A stretch of 64,000 nt of DNA from Eledone cirrhosa (Eukaryota): the NCBI GenBank assembly GCA_964016885.1, contig OZ024743.1, positions 209,994,001 to 210,058,000 of the forward strand. Reading direction: 5' to 3'. Numbering within the stretch: position 1 is the stretch's first letter; each line of letters opens with the position of its first letter. A model generated the notes under the pieces. It ran no database searches. It saw only the letters and a list, made by a program, of their open reading frames with translations, and had not been told where the DNA came from. Shown here piece after piece: positions 47,670 to 62,300 of the stretch. The translations under genes and the position numbers were made by a program.

Positions 47670-48110
47670 TATAGCCACACATGAAAGCTCTTCAATCCAT
47701 AAGATATACCTCAGTTTACCATCCTATAGCCACAGATGAAATCTCTTCACTCCATAAGATATACCACAGTTTACCATCCTATAGCCACACATGAGAGCTC
47801 TTCACTCCATAAGATATACCACAGTTTACCATCCTATAGCCACAGATGAAAGCTCATCACTCCATAAGATATACCACAGTTTACCATCCTATAGCCACAC
47901 ATGAAAGCTCTTCAATCCATAAGATATACCTCAGTTTACCATCCTATAGCCACAGATGAAATCTCTTCACTCCATAAGATATACCACAGTTTACCATCCT
48001 ATAGCCACACATGAGAGCTCTTCACTCCATAAGATATACCACAGTTTACCATCCTATAGCCACAGATGAAAGCTCATCACTCCATAAGATATACCACAGT
48101 TTACCATCCT
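47670..48110 (+). repeat. 220-bp (4-monomer) tandem duplication
   Basis: TTCAATCC (47691/47911), ATCTCTTC (47741/47961), ATGAGAGCTC (47791/48011) and AGCTCATCAC (47851/48071). Confidence 0.9.
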
Positions 48111-51100
48111 ATGGCCACACATGAAAGCTCTTCACCCCATAAGATATACCACAGTTTACCATCCTATAGCCACACATGAAAGCTCTTCACTCCATAAGAT
48201 ATACCACAGTTTACCATCCTATAGCCACACATGAAAGCTCTTCACTCCATAAGATATACCACAGTTTACCATCCTATAGCCACAGATGAAAGCTCTTCAC
48301 CCCATAAGATATACCACAGTTTACCATCCTATAGCCACACATGAAAGCTCTTCACCCCATAAGATATACCACAGTTTACCATCCTATTGCCACACATGAA
48401 AGTTCTTCACTCGATAAGATATACCACAGTTTACCATCCAATAGCTACACATGAAAGCTCTTCACTCCATAAGATATACCACAGTTTACCATCCTATAGC
48501 CAGATGAAAGCTATTCACTCCATAAGATATACGACAGTTTACCATCCTATAGCCACACATGAAAGCTCTTCAATCCATAAGATATAACCCAGTTTACCAT
48601 CCTATAGCCAGATGAAAGCTCTTCACTCCATAAGATATACCACAGTTTACCACCCTATAGCCACAGATGAAAGCTCTTCACTCCATGAGATATACCACAG
48701 TTTACCATCCTATAGCCATGCCACGGATGAAAGCTCTTCACTCCATAAGATATACGACAGTTTACCATCCTATAGCCACACATGAAAGCTCTTCACTCGA
48801 TAAGATATACCACAGTTTACCATCCTATAGCCACACATGAAAGCTCTTCACTCCATAAGATATACCACAGTTTACCATCCTATAGCCACACATGAAAGCT
48901 CTTCACTCCATAAGATATCCCACAGTTTACCATCATATAGCCACACATGAAAGCTCTTCACTCCATAAGATATACCACAGTTTACCATCCTATAGCCAGA
49001 TGAAAGCTCTTCACTCCATAAGATATACCACAGTTTACCATCCTATAGCCACAGATGAAAGCTCTTCACTCCATAAGATATACCACAGTTTACCATCCTA
49101 TAGCCACAGATGAAAGCTCTTCACTCCATAAGATATACCACAGTTTACCATCCTATAGCCACAGATGAAAGCTCTTCACTCCATAAGATATACCACAGTT
49201 TACCCTCCTATAGTCACAGATGAAAGCTGTTCACTCCATAAGATATACGACAGTTTACCATCGTATAGCCACAGATGAAAGCTGTTCACTCCATAAGATA
49301 TACGACAGTTTACCATCCTATAGCTAGATGAAAGCTCTTCACTCCATAAGATATACCACAGTTTACCATCCTATAGCCACAGCTGAAAGCTCTTCACTCC
49401 ATAAGATATACCACAGTTTACCATCCTATAGCCAGATGAAAGCTCTTCACTCCATAAGATATACCACAGTTTACCATCGTATAGCCAGATGAAAGCTCTT
49501 CACTCAATAAGATATACCACAGTTTACCATCCTATAGCCACAGATGAAAGCTCTTCACTCCATAAGATATACCACAGTTTACCATCCTATAGCCACACAT
49601 GAAAGCTCTTCACTCCATAAGATATACCACAGTTTACCATCCTATAGCCACACATGAAAGCTCTTCACTCCATAAGATATACCACAGTTTACCATCCTAT
49701 AGCCACAGATGAAAGCTCTTCACCCCATAAGATATACCACAGTTTACCATCCTATAGCCAGATGAAAGCTCTTCACTCCATAAGATATACGACAGTTTAC
49801 CATCCTATAGCCACACATGAAAGCTCTTCACTCCATAAGATATACCACAGTTTACCATCCTATAGCCAGATGAAAGCTCTTCACGCCATAAGATATACCT
49901 CAGTTTACCATCCTATAGCCACAGATGAAAGCTCTTCACTCCATAAGATATACCACAGTTTACCATCCTATAGCCACACATGAGAGCTCCTCACTCCATA
50001 AGATATACCACAGTTTACCATCCTATAGCCACACATGAAAGCTCTTAACTCCATAAGATATACCACAGTTTACCATCCTATGGCCACACATGAAAGCTCT
50101 TCACCCCATAAGATATACCACAGTTTACCATCCTATAGCCACACATGAAAGCTCTTCACTCCATAAGATATACCTCAGTTTACCATCCTATAGCCACACA
50201 TGAAAGCTCTTCACTCCATAAGATATACCACAGTTTATATTCCTATAGCCACACATAAAAGTTCTTCACTCGATAAGATATACCACAGTTTACCATCCTA
50301 TAGCCAGATGAAAGCTCTTCACTCCATAAGATATACGACAGTTTACCATCCTATAGCCACACATGAAAGCTCTTCAATCCATAAGATATACCTCAGTTTA
50401 CCATCCTATAGCCACAGATGAAATCTCTTCACTCCATAAGATATACCACAGTTTACCATCCTATAGCCACAGATGAAAGCTCTTCACTCCATAAGATATA
50501 CCACAGTTTACCATCCTATAGCCACACATGAAAGCTCTTCACTCAATAAGATATACCACAGTTTACCATCCTATAGCCAGATGAAAGCTCTTCACTCCAT
50601 AAGATATACGACAGTTTACCATCCTATAGCCACACATGAATGTTCTTCACTCGATAAGATATACCACAGTTTACCATCCAATAGCCACACATGAAAGCTC
50701 TTCACTCCATAAGACATACCACAGTTTACCATCCTATAGCCAGATGAAAGCTCTTCACTCCATAAGATATACGACAGTTTACCATCCTATAGCCACACAT
50801 GAAAGCTCTTCAATCCATAAGATATACCCCAGTTCACCATCCTATAGCCAGATGAAAGCTCTTCACTCCATAAGATATACCACAGTTTACCACCCTATAG
50901 CCACAGATGAAAGCTCTTCACTCCATGAGATATACCACAGTTTACCATCCTATAGCCACGCCACGGATGAAAGCTCTTCACTCCATAAGATATACCACAG
51001 TTTACAATCCTATAGCCACAGATGAAAGCTCTTCACTCCATAAGATATACCACAGTTTACCATCCTATGGCCACAGATGAAAGCTCTTCACTCCATAATA

Positions 51101-53379
51101 TATACCACAGTTTACCATCCTATAGCCACAGATGAAAGCTCTTCACTCCATAAGATATACCACAGTTTACCATCCTGTAGCCAGACATGAAAGCTCTTCA
51201 CTCCATAAGATATACCACAGTTTACCATCCTATAGTCAAGCCACGGATGAAAGCTCTTCACTCCATAAGATATACCACAGTTTACCATCCTATAGTCACA
51301 CATGAAAGCTCTTCACTCCATAAGATATAACACAGTTTACCATCCTATAGCCAGATGAAAGCTCTTCACTCCATAAGATATACCACAGTTTACCATCCTA
51401 TAGCCACAGATGAAAGCTCTTCACTCCATAAGATATACCACAGTTTACCATCCTATAGCCACAGATGAAAGCTCTTCACTCCATAAGATATACCACAGTT
51501 TACCATCCTATAGCCACAGATGAAAGCTGTTCACTCCATAAGATATACCACAGTTTACCATCCTATAGCCACACATGAAAGCTCTTCACTCCATAAGATA
51601 TACCACAGTTTACCATCCTATAGCCACAGATGAAAGCTGTTCACTCCATAATATATACGACAGTTTAACATCCTATATCCACAGATGAAAGCTGTTCACT
51701 CCATAAGATATACGACAGTTTACCATCCTATAGCCAGATGAAAGCTCTTCACTCCATAAGATATATCACAGTTTACCATCCTATAGCCACAGATGAAAGC
51801 TGTTCACTCCATAAGATATACCACAGTTTACCATCCTATAGCCAGATGAAAGCTCTTCACTCCATAAGATATACCACAGTTTACCATCCTAAAGCCACAG
51901 ATGAAAGCTCTTCACTCCATAAGATATACCACAGTTTACCATCCTATAGCCACAGATGAAAGCTGTTTACTCCATAAGATATACCACAGTTTACCATCCT
52001 ATAGCCAGATGAAAGCTCTTCACTCCATAAGATATACCACAGTTTACCATCCTATAGCCACAGATGAAAGCTGTTCACTCCATAAGATATACCACAGTTT
52101 ACCATCCTATAGCCAGATGAAAGCTCTTCACTCCATAAGATATACCACAGTTTACCATCCTAAAGCCACAGATGAAAGCTCTTCACTCCATAAGATATAC
52201 CACAGTTTACCATCCTATAGCCACAGATGAAAGCTCTTCACTCCATAAGATATACCACAGTTTACCATCCTATAACCACAGATGAAAGCTCTTCACTCCA
52301 TAAGATATACCACAGTTTACCATCCTATAGCCACAGATGAAAGCTCTTCACTCCATAAGATATACCACAGTTTACCATCCTATAGCCACAGATGAAAGGT
52401 CTTCACCCCATAAGATATACCACAGTTTACCATCCTATAGCCACACATGAAAGCTCTTCACTCCATAAGATATACCACAGTTTACCATCCTATAGCCACA
52501 CATGAAAGCTCTTCACTCCATAAGATATACCACAGTTTACCATCCTATAGCCACACATGAAAGCTCTTCACTCCATAAGATATACCACAGTTTACCATCC
52601 TATAGCCACACATGAAAGCTCTTCACTCCATAAGATATACCACAGTTTACCATCCTATAGCCACACATGAAAGCTCTTCACTCCATAAGATATACCACAG
52701 TTTACCATCCTATAGCCACAGATGAAAGCTCTTCACCCCATAAGATATACCACAGTTTACCATCCTATAGCCACAGATGAAAGCTCTTCACCCCATTAGA
52801 TATACCACAGTTTACCATCCTATAGCCACACATGAAAGCTCTTCACTCCATAAGATATACCACATTTTACCATCCTATAGCCACACATGAAAGCTCCTCA
52901 CTCCATAAGATATACCACAGTTTACCATCCTATAGCCACACATGAAAGCTCTTCACGCCATAAGATATACCACAGTTTACCATCCTATAGCCACAGATGA
53001 AAGCTCTTCACCCCATAAGATATACCACAGTTTACCATCCTATAGCCACACATGAAAGCTCTTCACCCCATCAGATATACCACAGTTTACCATCCTATTG
53101 CCACACATTAAAGCTCTTCACTCCATAATATATACCAGAGTTTACCATCCTATAGCCACACATGAAAGCTCTTCACTCCATAAGATATACCACAGTTTAC
53201 CATCCTATAGCCAGATGAAAGCTCTTCACTCCATAAGATATACGATAGTTTACCATCCTATAGCCACACATGAAATCTCTTCACTCCATAAGATATACCA
53301 CAGTTTACCATCCTATAGCCACACATGAAAGCTCTTCACTCCATAAGATATACGTCAGTTTACCATCCTATAGCCACAG

Positions 53380-56300
53380 ATGAAAGCTCTTCACTCCATA
53401 AGATATACCACAGTTTACTATCCTATAGCCACACATGAGAGCTCTTCACCCCATAAGATATACCACAGTTTACCATCCTATAGCCAGATGAAAGCTCTTC
53501 ACTCCGTAAAATATACCACAGTTTACCATCCTATAGCCACACATGAAAGCTCTTCACTCCATAAGATATACCACAGTTTACCATCCTATAGCCACAGATG
53601 AAAGCTCTTCACTCCATAAGATATACCACAGTTTAACATCCTATAGCCACAGATGAAAGCTCTTCACTCCATACGATATACCACAGTTTACCATCCTATA
53701 GCCACAGATGAAAGCTTTTCACTCCATAAGATATACCACAGTTTACCATCCTATAGCCACACATGAAAGCTCTTCACTCCATAAGATATACCACAGTTTA
53801 CCATACTATGGCGACACATGAAAGCTCTTCACCCCATAAGATATACCACAGTTTACCATCCTATAGCCACACATGAAAGCTCTTCACTCCATAAGATATA
53901 CCACAGTTTACCATCCTATAGCCACACATGAAAGCTCTTCACTCCATAAGATATACCACAGTTTACCATCCTATAGCCACTGATGAAAGCTCTTCACCCC
54001 ATAAGATATACCACAGTTTACCATCCTATAGCCACACATGAAAGCTCTTCACCCCATAAGATATACCACAGTTTACCATCCTATTGCCACACATGAAAGT
54101 TCTTCACTCGATAAGATATACCACAGTTTACCATCCAATAGCCACACATGAAAGCTCTTCACTCCATAAGATATACCACAGTTTACCATCCTATAGCCAG
54201 ATGAAAGCTCTTCACTCCATAAGATATACGACAGTTTACCATCCTATAGCCACACATGAAAGCTCTTCAATCCATAAGATATACCCCAGTTTACCATCCT
54301 ATAGCCAGATGAAAGCTCTTCACTCCATAAGATATACCACAGTTTACCACCCTATAGCCACAGATGAAAGCTCTTCACTCCATGAGATATACCACAGTTT
54401 AGCATCCTATAGCCATGCCACGGATGAAAGCTCTTCACTCCATAAGATATACGACAGTTTACCATCCTATAGCCACACATGAAAGCTCTTCACTCGATAA
54501 GATATACCACAGTTTACCATCCTATAGCCACACATGAAAGCTCTTCACTCCATAAGATATCCCACAGTTTACCATCATATAGCCACACATGAAAGCTCTT
54601 CACTCCATAAGATATACCACAGTTTACCATCCTATAGCCAGATGAAAGCTCTTCACTCCATAAGATATACCACAGTTTACCATCCTATAGCCACAGATGA
54701 AAGCTCTTCACTCCATAAGATATACCACAGTTTACCATCCTATAGCCACAGATGAAAGCTCTTCACTCCATAAGATATACCACAGTTTACCATCCTATAG
54801 CCACAGATGAAAGCTCTTCACTCCATAAGATATACCACAGTTTACCATCCTATAGTCACAGATGAAAGCTGTTCACTCCATAAGATATACGACAGTTTAC
54901 CATCGTATAGCCAGATGAAAGCTCTTCACTCCATAAGATATATCACAGTTTACCATCCTATAGCCACAGATGAAAGCTGTTCACTCCATAAGATATACCA
55001 CAGTTTACCATCCTATAGCCAGATGAAAGCTCTTCACTCCATAAGATATACCACAGTTTACCATCCTAAAGCCACAGATGAAAGCTCTTCACTCCATAAG
55101 ATATACCACAGTTTACCATCCTATAGCCACAGATGAAAGCTGTTTACTCCATAAGATATACCACAGTTTACCATCCTATAGCCAGATGAAAGCTCTTCAC
55201 TCCATAAGATATACCACAGTTTACCATCCTATAGCCACAGATGAAAGCTGTTCACTCCATAAGATATACCACAGTTTACCATCCTATAGCCAGATGAAAG
55301 CTCTTCACTCCATAAGATATACCACAGTTTACCATCCTAAAGCCACAGATGAAAGCTCTTCACTCCATAAGATATACCACAGTTTACCATCCTATAGCCA
55401 CAGATGAAAGCTCTTCACTCCATAAGATATACCACAGTTTACCATCCTATAACCACAGATGAAAGCTCTTCACTCCATAAGATATACCACAGTTTACCAT
55501 CCTATAGCCACAGATGAAAGCTCTTCACTCCATAAGATATACCACAGTTTACCATCCTATAGCCACAGATGAAAGCTCTTCACCCCATAAGATATACCAC
55601 AGTTTACCATCCTATAGCCACACATGAAAGCTCTTCACTCCATAAGATATACCACAGTTTACCATCCTATAGCCACACATGAAAGCTCTTCACTCCATAA
55701 GATATACCACAGTTTACCATCCTATAGCCACACATGAAAGCTCTTCACTCCATAAGATATACCACAGTTTACCATCCTATAGCCACACATGAAAGCTCTT
55801 CACTCCATAAGATATACCACAGTTTACCATCCTATAGCCACACATGAAAGCTCTTCACTCCATAAGATATACCACAGTTTACCATCCTATAGCCACAGAT
55901 GAAAGCTCTTCACCCCATAAGATATACCACAGTTTACCATCCTATAGCCACAGATGAAAGCTCTTCACCCCATTAGATATACCACAGTTTACCATCCTAT
56001 AGCCACACATGAAAGCTCTTCACTCCATAAGATATACCACATTTTACCATCCTATAGCCACACATGAAAGCTCCTCACTCCATAAGATATACCACAGTTT
56101 ACCATCCTATAGCCACACATGAAAGCTCTTCACGCCATAAGATATACCACAGTTTACCATCCTATAGCCACAGATGAAAGCTCTTCACCCCATAAGATAT
56201 ACCACAGTTTACCATCCTATAGCCACACATGAAAGCTCTTCACCCCATCAGATATACCACAGTTTACCATCCTATTGCGACACATTAAAGCTCTTCACTC

Positions 56301-59300
56301 CATAATATATACCAGAGTTTACCATCCTATAGCCACACATGAAAGCTCTTCACTCCATAAGATATACCACAGTTTACCATCCTATAGCCAGATGAAAGCT
56401 CTTCACTCCATAAGATATACGATAGTTTACCATCCTATAGCCACACATGAAATCTCTTCACTCCATAAGATATACCACAGTTTACCATCCTATAGCCACA
56501 CATGAAAGCTCTTCACTCCATAAGATATACGTCAGTTTACCATCCTATAGCCACAGATGAAAGCTCTTCACTCCATAAGATATACCACAGTTTACTATCC
56601 TATAGCCAGACATGAGAGCTCTTCACCCCATAAGATATACCACAGTTTACCATCCTATAGCCAGATGAAAGCTCTTCACTCCGTAAAATATACCACAGTT
56701 TACCATCCTATAGCCACACATGAAAGCTCTTCACTCCATAAGATATACCACAGTTTACCATCCTATAGCCACAGATGAAAGCTCTTCACTCCATAAGATA
56801 TACCACAGTTTAACATCCTATAGCCACAGATGAAAGCTCTTCACTCCATACGATATACCACAGTTTACCATCCTATAGCCACAGATGAAAGCTTTTCACT
56901 CCATAAGATATACCACAGTTTACCATCCTATAGCCACACATGAAAGCTCTTCACTCCATAAGATATACCACAGTTTACCATACGATGGCCACACATGAAA
57001 GCTCTTCACCCCATAAGATATACCACAGTTTACCATCCTATAGCCACACATGAAAGCTCTTCACTCCATAAGATATACCACAGTTTACCATCCTATAGCC
57101 ACACATGAAAGCTCTTCACTCCATAAGATATACCACAGTTTACCATCCTATAGCCACAGATGAAAGCTCTTCACCCCATAAGATATACCACAGTTTACCA
57201 TCCTATAGCCACACATGAAAGCTCTTCACCCCATAAGATATACCACAGTTTACCATCCTATTGCCACACATGAAAGTTCTTCACTCGATAAGATATACCA
57301 CAGTTTACCATCCAATAGCCACACATGAAAGCTGTTCACTCCATAAGATATACCACAGTTTACCATCCTATAGCCAGATGAAAGCTCTTCACTCCATAAG
57401 ATATACGACAGTTTACCATCCTATAGCCACACATGAAAGCTCTTCAATCCATAAGATATACCCCAGTTTACCATCCTATAGCCAGATGAAAGCTCTTCAC
57501 TCCATAAGATATACCACAGTTTACCACCCTATAGCCACAGATGAAAGCTCTTCACTCCATGAGATATACCACAGTTTACCATCCTATAGCCATGCCACGG
57601 ATGAAAGCTCTTCACTCCATAAGATATACGACAGTTTACCATCCTATAGCCACACATGAAAGCTCTTCACTCGATAAGATATACCACAGTTTACCATCCT
57701 ATAGCCACACATGAAAGCTCTTCACTCCATAAGATATACCACAGTTTACCATCCTATAGCCACACATGAAAGCTCTTCACTCCATAAGATATCCCACAGT
57801 TTACCATCATATAGCCACACATGAAAGCTCTTCACTCCATAAGATATACCACAGTTTACCATCCTATAGCCAGATGAAAGCTCTTCACTCCATAAGATAT
57901 ACCACAGTTTACCATCCTATAGCCACAGATGAAAGCTCTTCACTCCATAAGATATACCACAGTTTACCATCCTATAGCCACAGATGAAAGCTCTTCACTC
58001 CATAAGATATACCACAGTTTACCATCCTATAGCCACAGATGAAAGCTCTTCACTCCATAAGATATACCACAGTTTACCATCATATAGTCACAGATGAAAG
58101 CTGTTCACTCCATAAGATATACGACAGTTTACCATCGTATAGCCACAGATGAAAGCTGTTCACTCCATAAGATATACCACAGTTTACCATCCTATAGCCA
58201 GATGAAAGCTCTTCACTCCATAAGATATACCACAGTTTACCATCCTATAGCCAGATGAAAGCTCTTCACTCAATAAGATATACCACAGTTTACCATCCTA
58301 TAGCCACAGATGAAAGCTCTTCACTCCATAAGATATACCACAGTTTACCATCCTATAGCCACACATGAAAGCTCTTCACTCCATAAGATATACCACAGTT
58401 TACCATCCTATAGCCACACATGAAAGCTCTTCACTCCATAAGATATACCACAGTTTACCATCCTATAGCCACAGATGAAAGCTCTTCACCCCATAAGATA
58501 TACCACAGTTTACCATCCTATTGCCACACATGAAAGCTCTTCACTCAATAAGATATACCACAGTTTACCATCCTATGGCCACACATGAAAGCTCTTCACC
58601 CCATAAGATATACCACAGTTTACCATCCTATAGCCAGATGAAAGCTCTTCACTCCATAAGATATACCACAGTTTACCATCCTATAGCCACACATGAAAGC
58701 TCTTCACTCCATAAGATATACCACAGTTTATATTCCTATAGCCACACATAAAAGTTCTTCACTCGATAAGATATACCACAGTTTACCATCCTATAGCCAC
58801 ACATGAAAGCTCTTCACTCCATAAGATATACCACAGTTTACCATCCTATAGCCAGATGAAAGCTCTTCACTCCATAAGATATACGACAGTTTACCATCCT
58901 ATAGCCACACATGAAAGCTCTTCAATCCATAAGATATACCTCAGTTTACCATCCTATAGCCACAGATGAAATCTCTTCACTCCATAAGATATACCACAGT
59001 TTACCATCCTATAGCCACAGATGAAAGCTCTTCACTCCATAAGATATACCACAGTTTACCATCCTATAGCCACACATGAAAGCTCTTCAGCCCATAAGAT
59101 ATACCACAGTTTACCATCCTATAGCAAAACATGAAAGCTCTTCACTCCATAAGATATACCACAGTTTACCATCCTATAGCCACACATGAAAGCTCTTCAC
59201 TCCATAAGATATACCACAGTTTACCATCCTATAGCCACAGATGAAAGCTCTTCACCCCATAAGATATACCACAGTTTACCATCCTATAGCCACACATGAA

Positions 59301-62300
59301 AGCTCTTCACCCCATAAGATATACCACAGTTTACCATCCTATTGCCACACATGAATGTTCTTCACTCGATAAGATATACCACAGTTTACCATCCAATAGC
59401 CACACATGAAAGCTCTTCACTCCATAAGATATACCACAGTTTACCATCCTATAGCCACATGAAAGCTCTTCACTCCATAAGATATACGACAGTTTACCAT
59501 CCTATAGCCACACATGAAAGCTCTTCAATCCATAAGATATACCCCAGTTCACCATCCTATAGCCAGATGAAAGCTCTTCACTCCATAAGATATACCACAG
59601 TTTACCACCCTATAGCCACAGATGAAAGCTCTTCACTCCATGAGATATACTACAGTTTACCATCCTATAGCCACGCCACGGATGAAAGCTCTTCACTCCA
59701 TAAGATATACCACAGTTTACAATCCTATAGCCACAGATGAAAGCTCTTCACTCCATAAGATATACCACAGTTTACCATCCTATGGCCACAGATGAAAGCT
59801 CTTCACTCCATAATATATACCACAGTTTACCATCCTATAGCCACAGATGAAAGCTCTTCACTCCATAAGATATACCACAGTTTACCATCCTGTAGCCACA
59901 CATGAAAGCTCTTCACTCCATAAGATATACCACAGTTTACCATCCTATAGTCAAGCCACGGATGAAAGCGCTTCACTCCATAAGATATACCACAGTTTAC
60001 CATCCTATAGTCACACATGAAAGCTCTTCACTCCATAAGATATAACACAGTTTACCATCCTATAGCCAGATGAAAGCTCTTCACTCCATAAGATATACCA
60101 CAGTTTACCATCCTATAGCCACAGATGAAAGCTCTTCACTCCATAAGATATACCACAGTTTACCATCATATAGTCACAGATGAAAGCTGTTCACTCCATA
60201 AGATATACGACAGTTTACCATCGTATAGCCACAGATGAAAGCTGTTCACTCCATAAGATATACCACAGTTTACCATCCTATAGCCAGATGAAAGCTCTTC
60301 ACTCCATAAGATATACCACAGTTTACCATCCTATAGCCAGATGAAAGCTCTTCACTCAATAAGATATACCACAGTTTACCATCCTATAGCCACAGATGAA
60401 AGCTCTTCACTCCATAAGATATACCACAGTTTACCATCCTATAGCCACACATGAAAGCTCTTCACTCCATAAGATATACCACAGTTTACCATCCTATAGC
60501 CACACATGAAAGCTCTTCACTCCATAAGATATACCACAGTTTACCATCCTATAGCCACAGATGAAAGCTCTTCACCCCATAAGATATACCACAGTTTACC
60601 ATCCTATTGCCACACATGAAAGCTCTTCACTCAATAAGATATACCACAGTTTACCATCCTATGGCCACACATGAAAGCTCTTCACCCCATAAGATATACC
60701 ACAGTTTACCATCCTATAGCCAGATGAAAGCTCTTCACTCCATAAGATATACCACAGTTTACCATCCTATAGCCACACATGAAAGCTCTTCACTCCATAA
60801 GATATACCACAGTTTATATTCCTATAGCCACACATAAAAGTTCTTCACTCGATAAGATATACCACAGTTTACCATCCTATAGCCACACATGAAAGCTCTT
60901 CACTCCATAAGATATACCACAGTTTACCATCCTATAGCCAGATGAAAGCTCTTCACTCCATAAGATATACGACAGTTTACCATCCTATAGCCACACATGA
61001 AAGCTCTTCAATCCATAAGATATACCTCAGTTTACCATCCTATAGCCACAGATGAAATCTCTTCACTCCATAAGATATACCACAGTTTACCATCCTATAG
61101 CCACAGATGAAAGCTCTTCACTCCATAAGATATACCACAGTTTACCATCCTATAGCCACACATGAAAGCTCTTCAGCCCATAAGATATACCACAGTTTAC
61201 CATCCTATAGCAAAACATGAAAGCTCTTCACTCCATAAGATATACCACAGTTTACCATCCTATAGCCACACATGAAAGCTCTTCACTCCATAAGATATAC
61301 CACAGTTTACCATCCTATAGCCACAGATGAAAGCTCTTCACCCCATAAGATATACCACAGTTTACCATCCTATAGCCACACATGAAAGCTCTTCACCCCA
61401 TAAGATATACCACAGTTTACCATCCTATTGCCACACATGAATGTTCTTCACTCGATAAGATATACCACAGTTTACCATCCAATAGCCACACATGAAAGCT
61501 CTTCACTCCATAAGACATACCACAGTTTACCATCCTATAGCCACATGAAAGCTCTTCACTCCATAAGATATACGACAGTTTACCATCCTATAGCCACACA
61601 TGAAAGCTCTTCAATCCATAAGATATACCCCAGTTCACCATCCTATAGCCAGATGAAAGCTCTTCACTCCATAAGATATACCACAGTTTACCACCCTATA
61701 GCCACAGATGAAAGCTCTTCACTCCATGAGATATACTACAGTTTACCATCCTATAGCCACGCCACGGATGAAAGCTCTTCACTCCATAAGATATACCACA
61801 GTTTACAATCCTATAGCCACAGATGAAAGCTCTTCACTCCATAAGATATACCACAGTTTACCATCCTATGGCCACAGATGAAAGCTCTTCACTCCATAAT
61901 ATATACCACAGTTTACCATCCTATAGCCACAGATGAAAGCTCTTCACTCCATAAGATATACCACAGTTTACCATCCTGTAGCCACACATGAAAGCTCTTC
62001 ACTCCATAAGATATACCACAGTTTACCATCCTATAGTCAAGCCACGGATGAAAGCGCTTCACTCCATAAGATATACCACAGTTTACCATCCTATAGTCAC
62101 ACATGAAAGCTCTTCACTCCATAAGATATAACACAGTTTACCATCCTATAGCCAGATGAAAGCTCTTCACTCCATAAGATATACCACAGTTTACCATCCT
62201 ATAGCCACAGATGAAAGCTCTTCACTCCATAAGATATACCACAGTTTACCATCCTATAGCCACAGATTAAAGCTCTTCACTCCATAAGATATACCACAGT

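Noticed and set aside
6196-62104. Minus-strand 63-aa ORFs (MCDYRMVNCGISYGVK...)
   Set aside because: These arise by chance from a 60-bp monomer plus a CCTGTAG variant that removes a stop, and are copied passively with the cassette.
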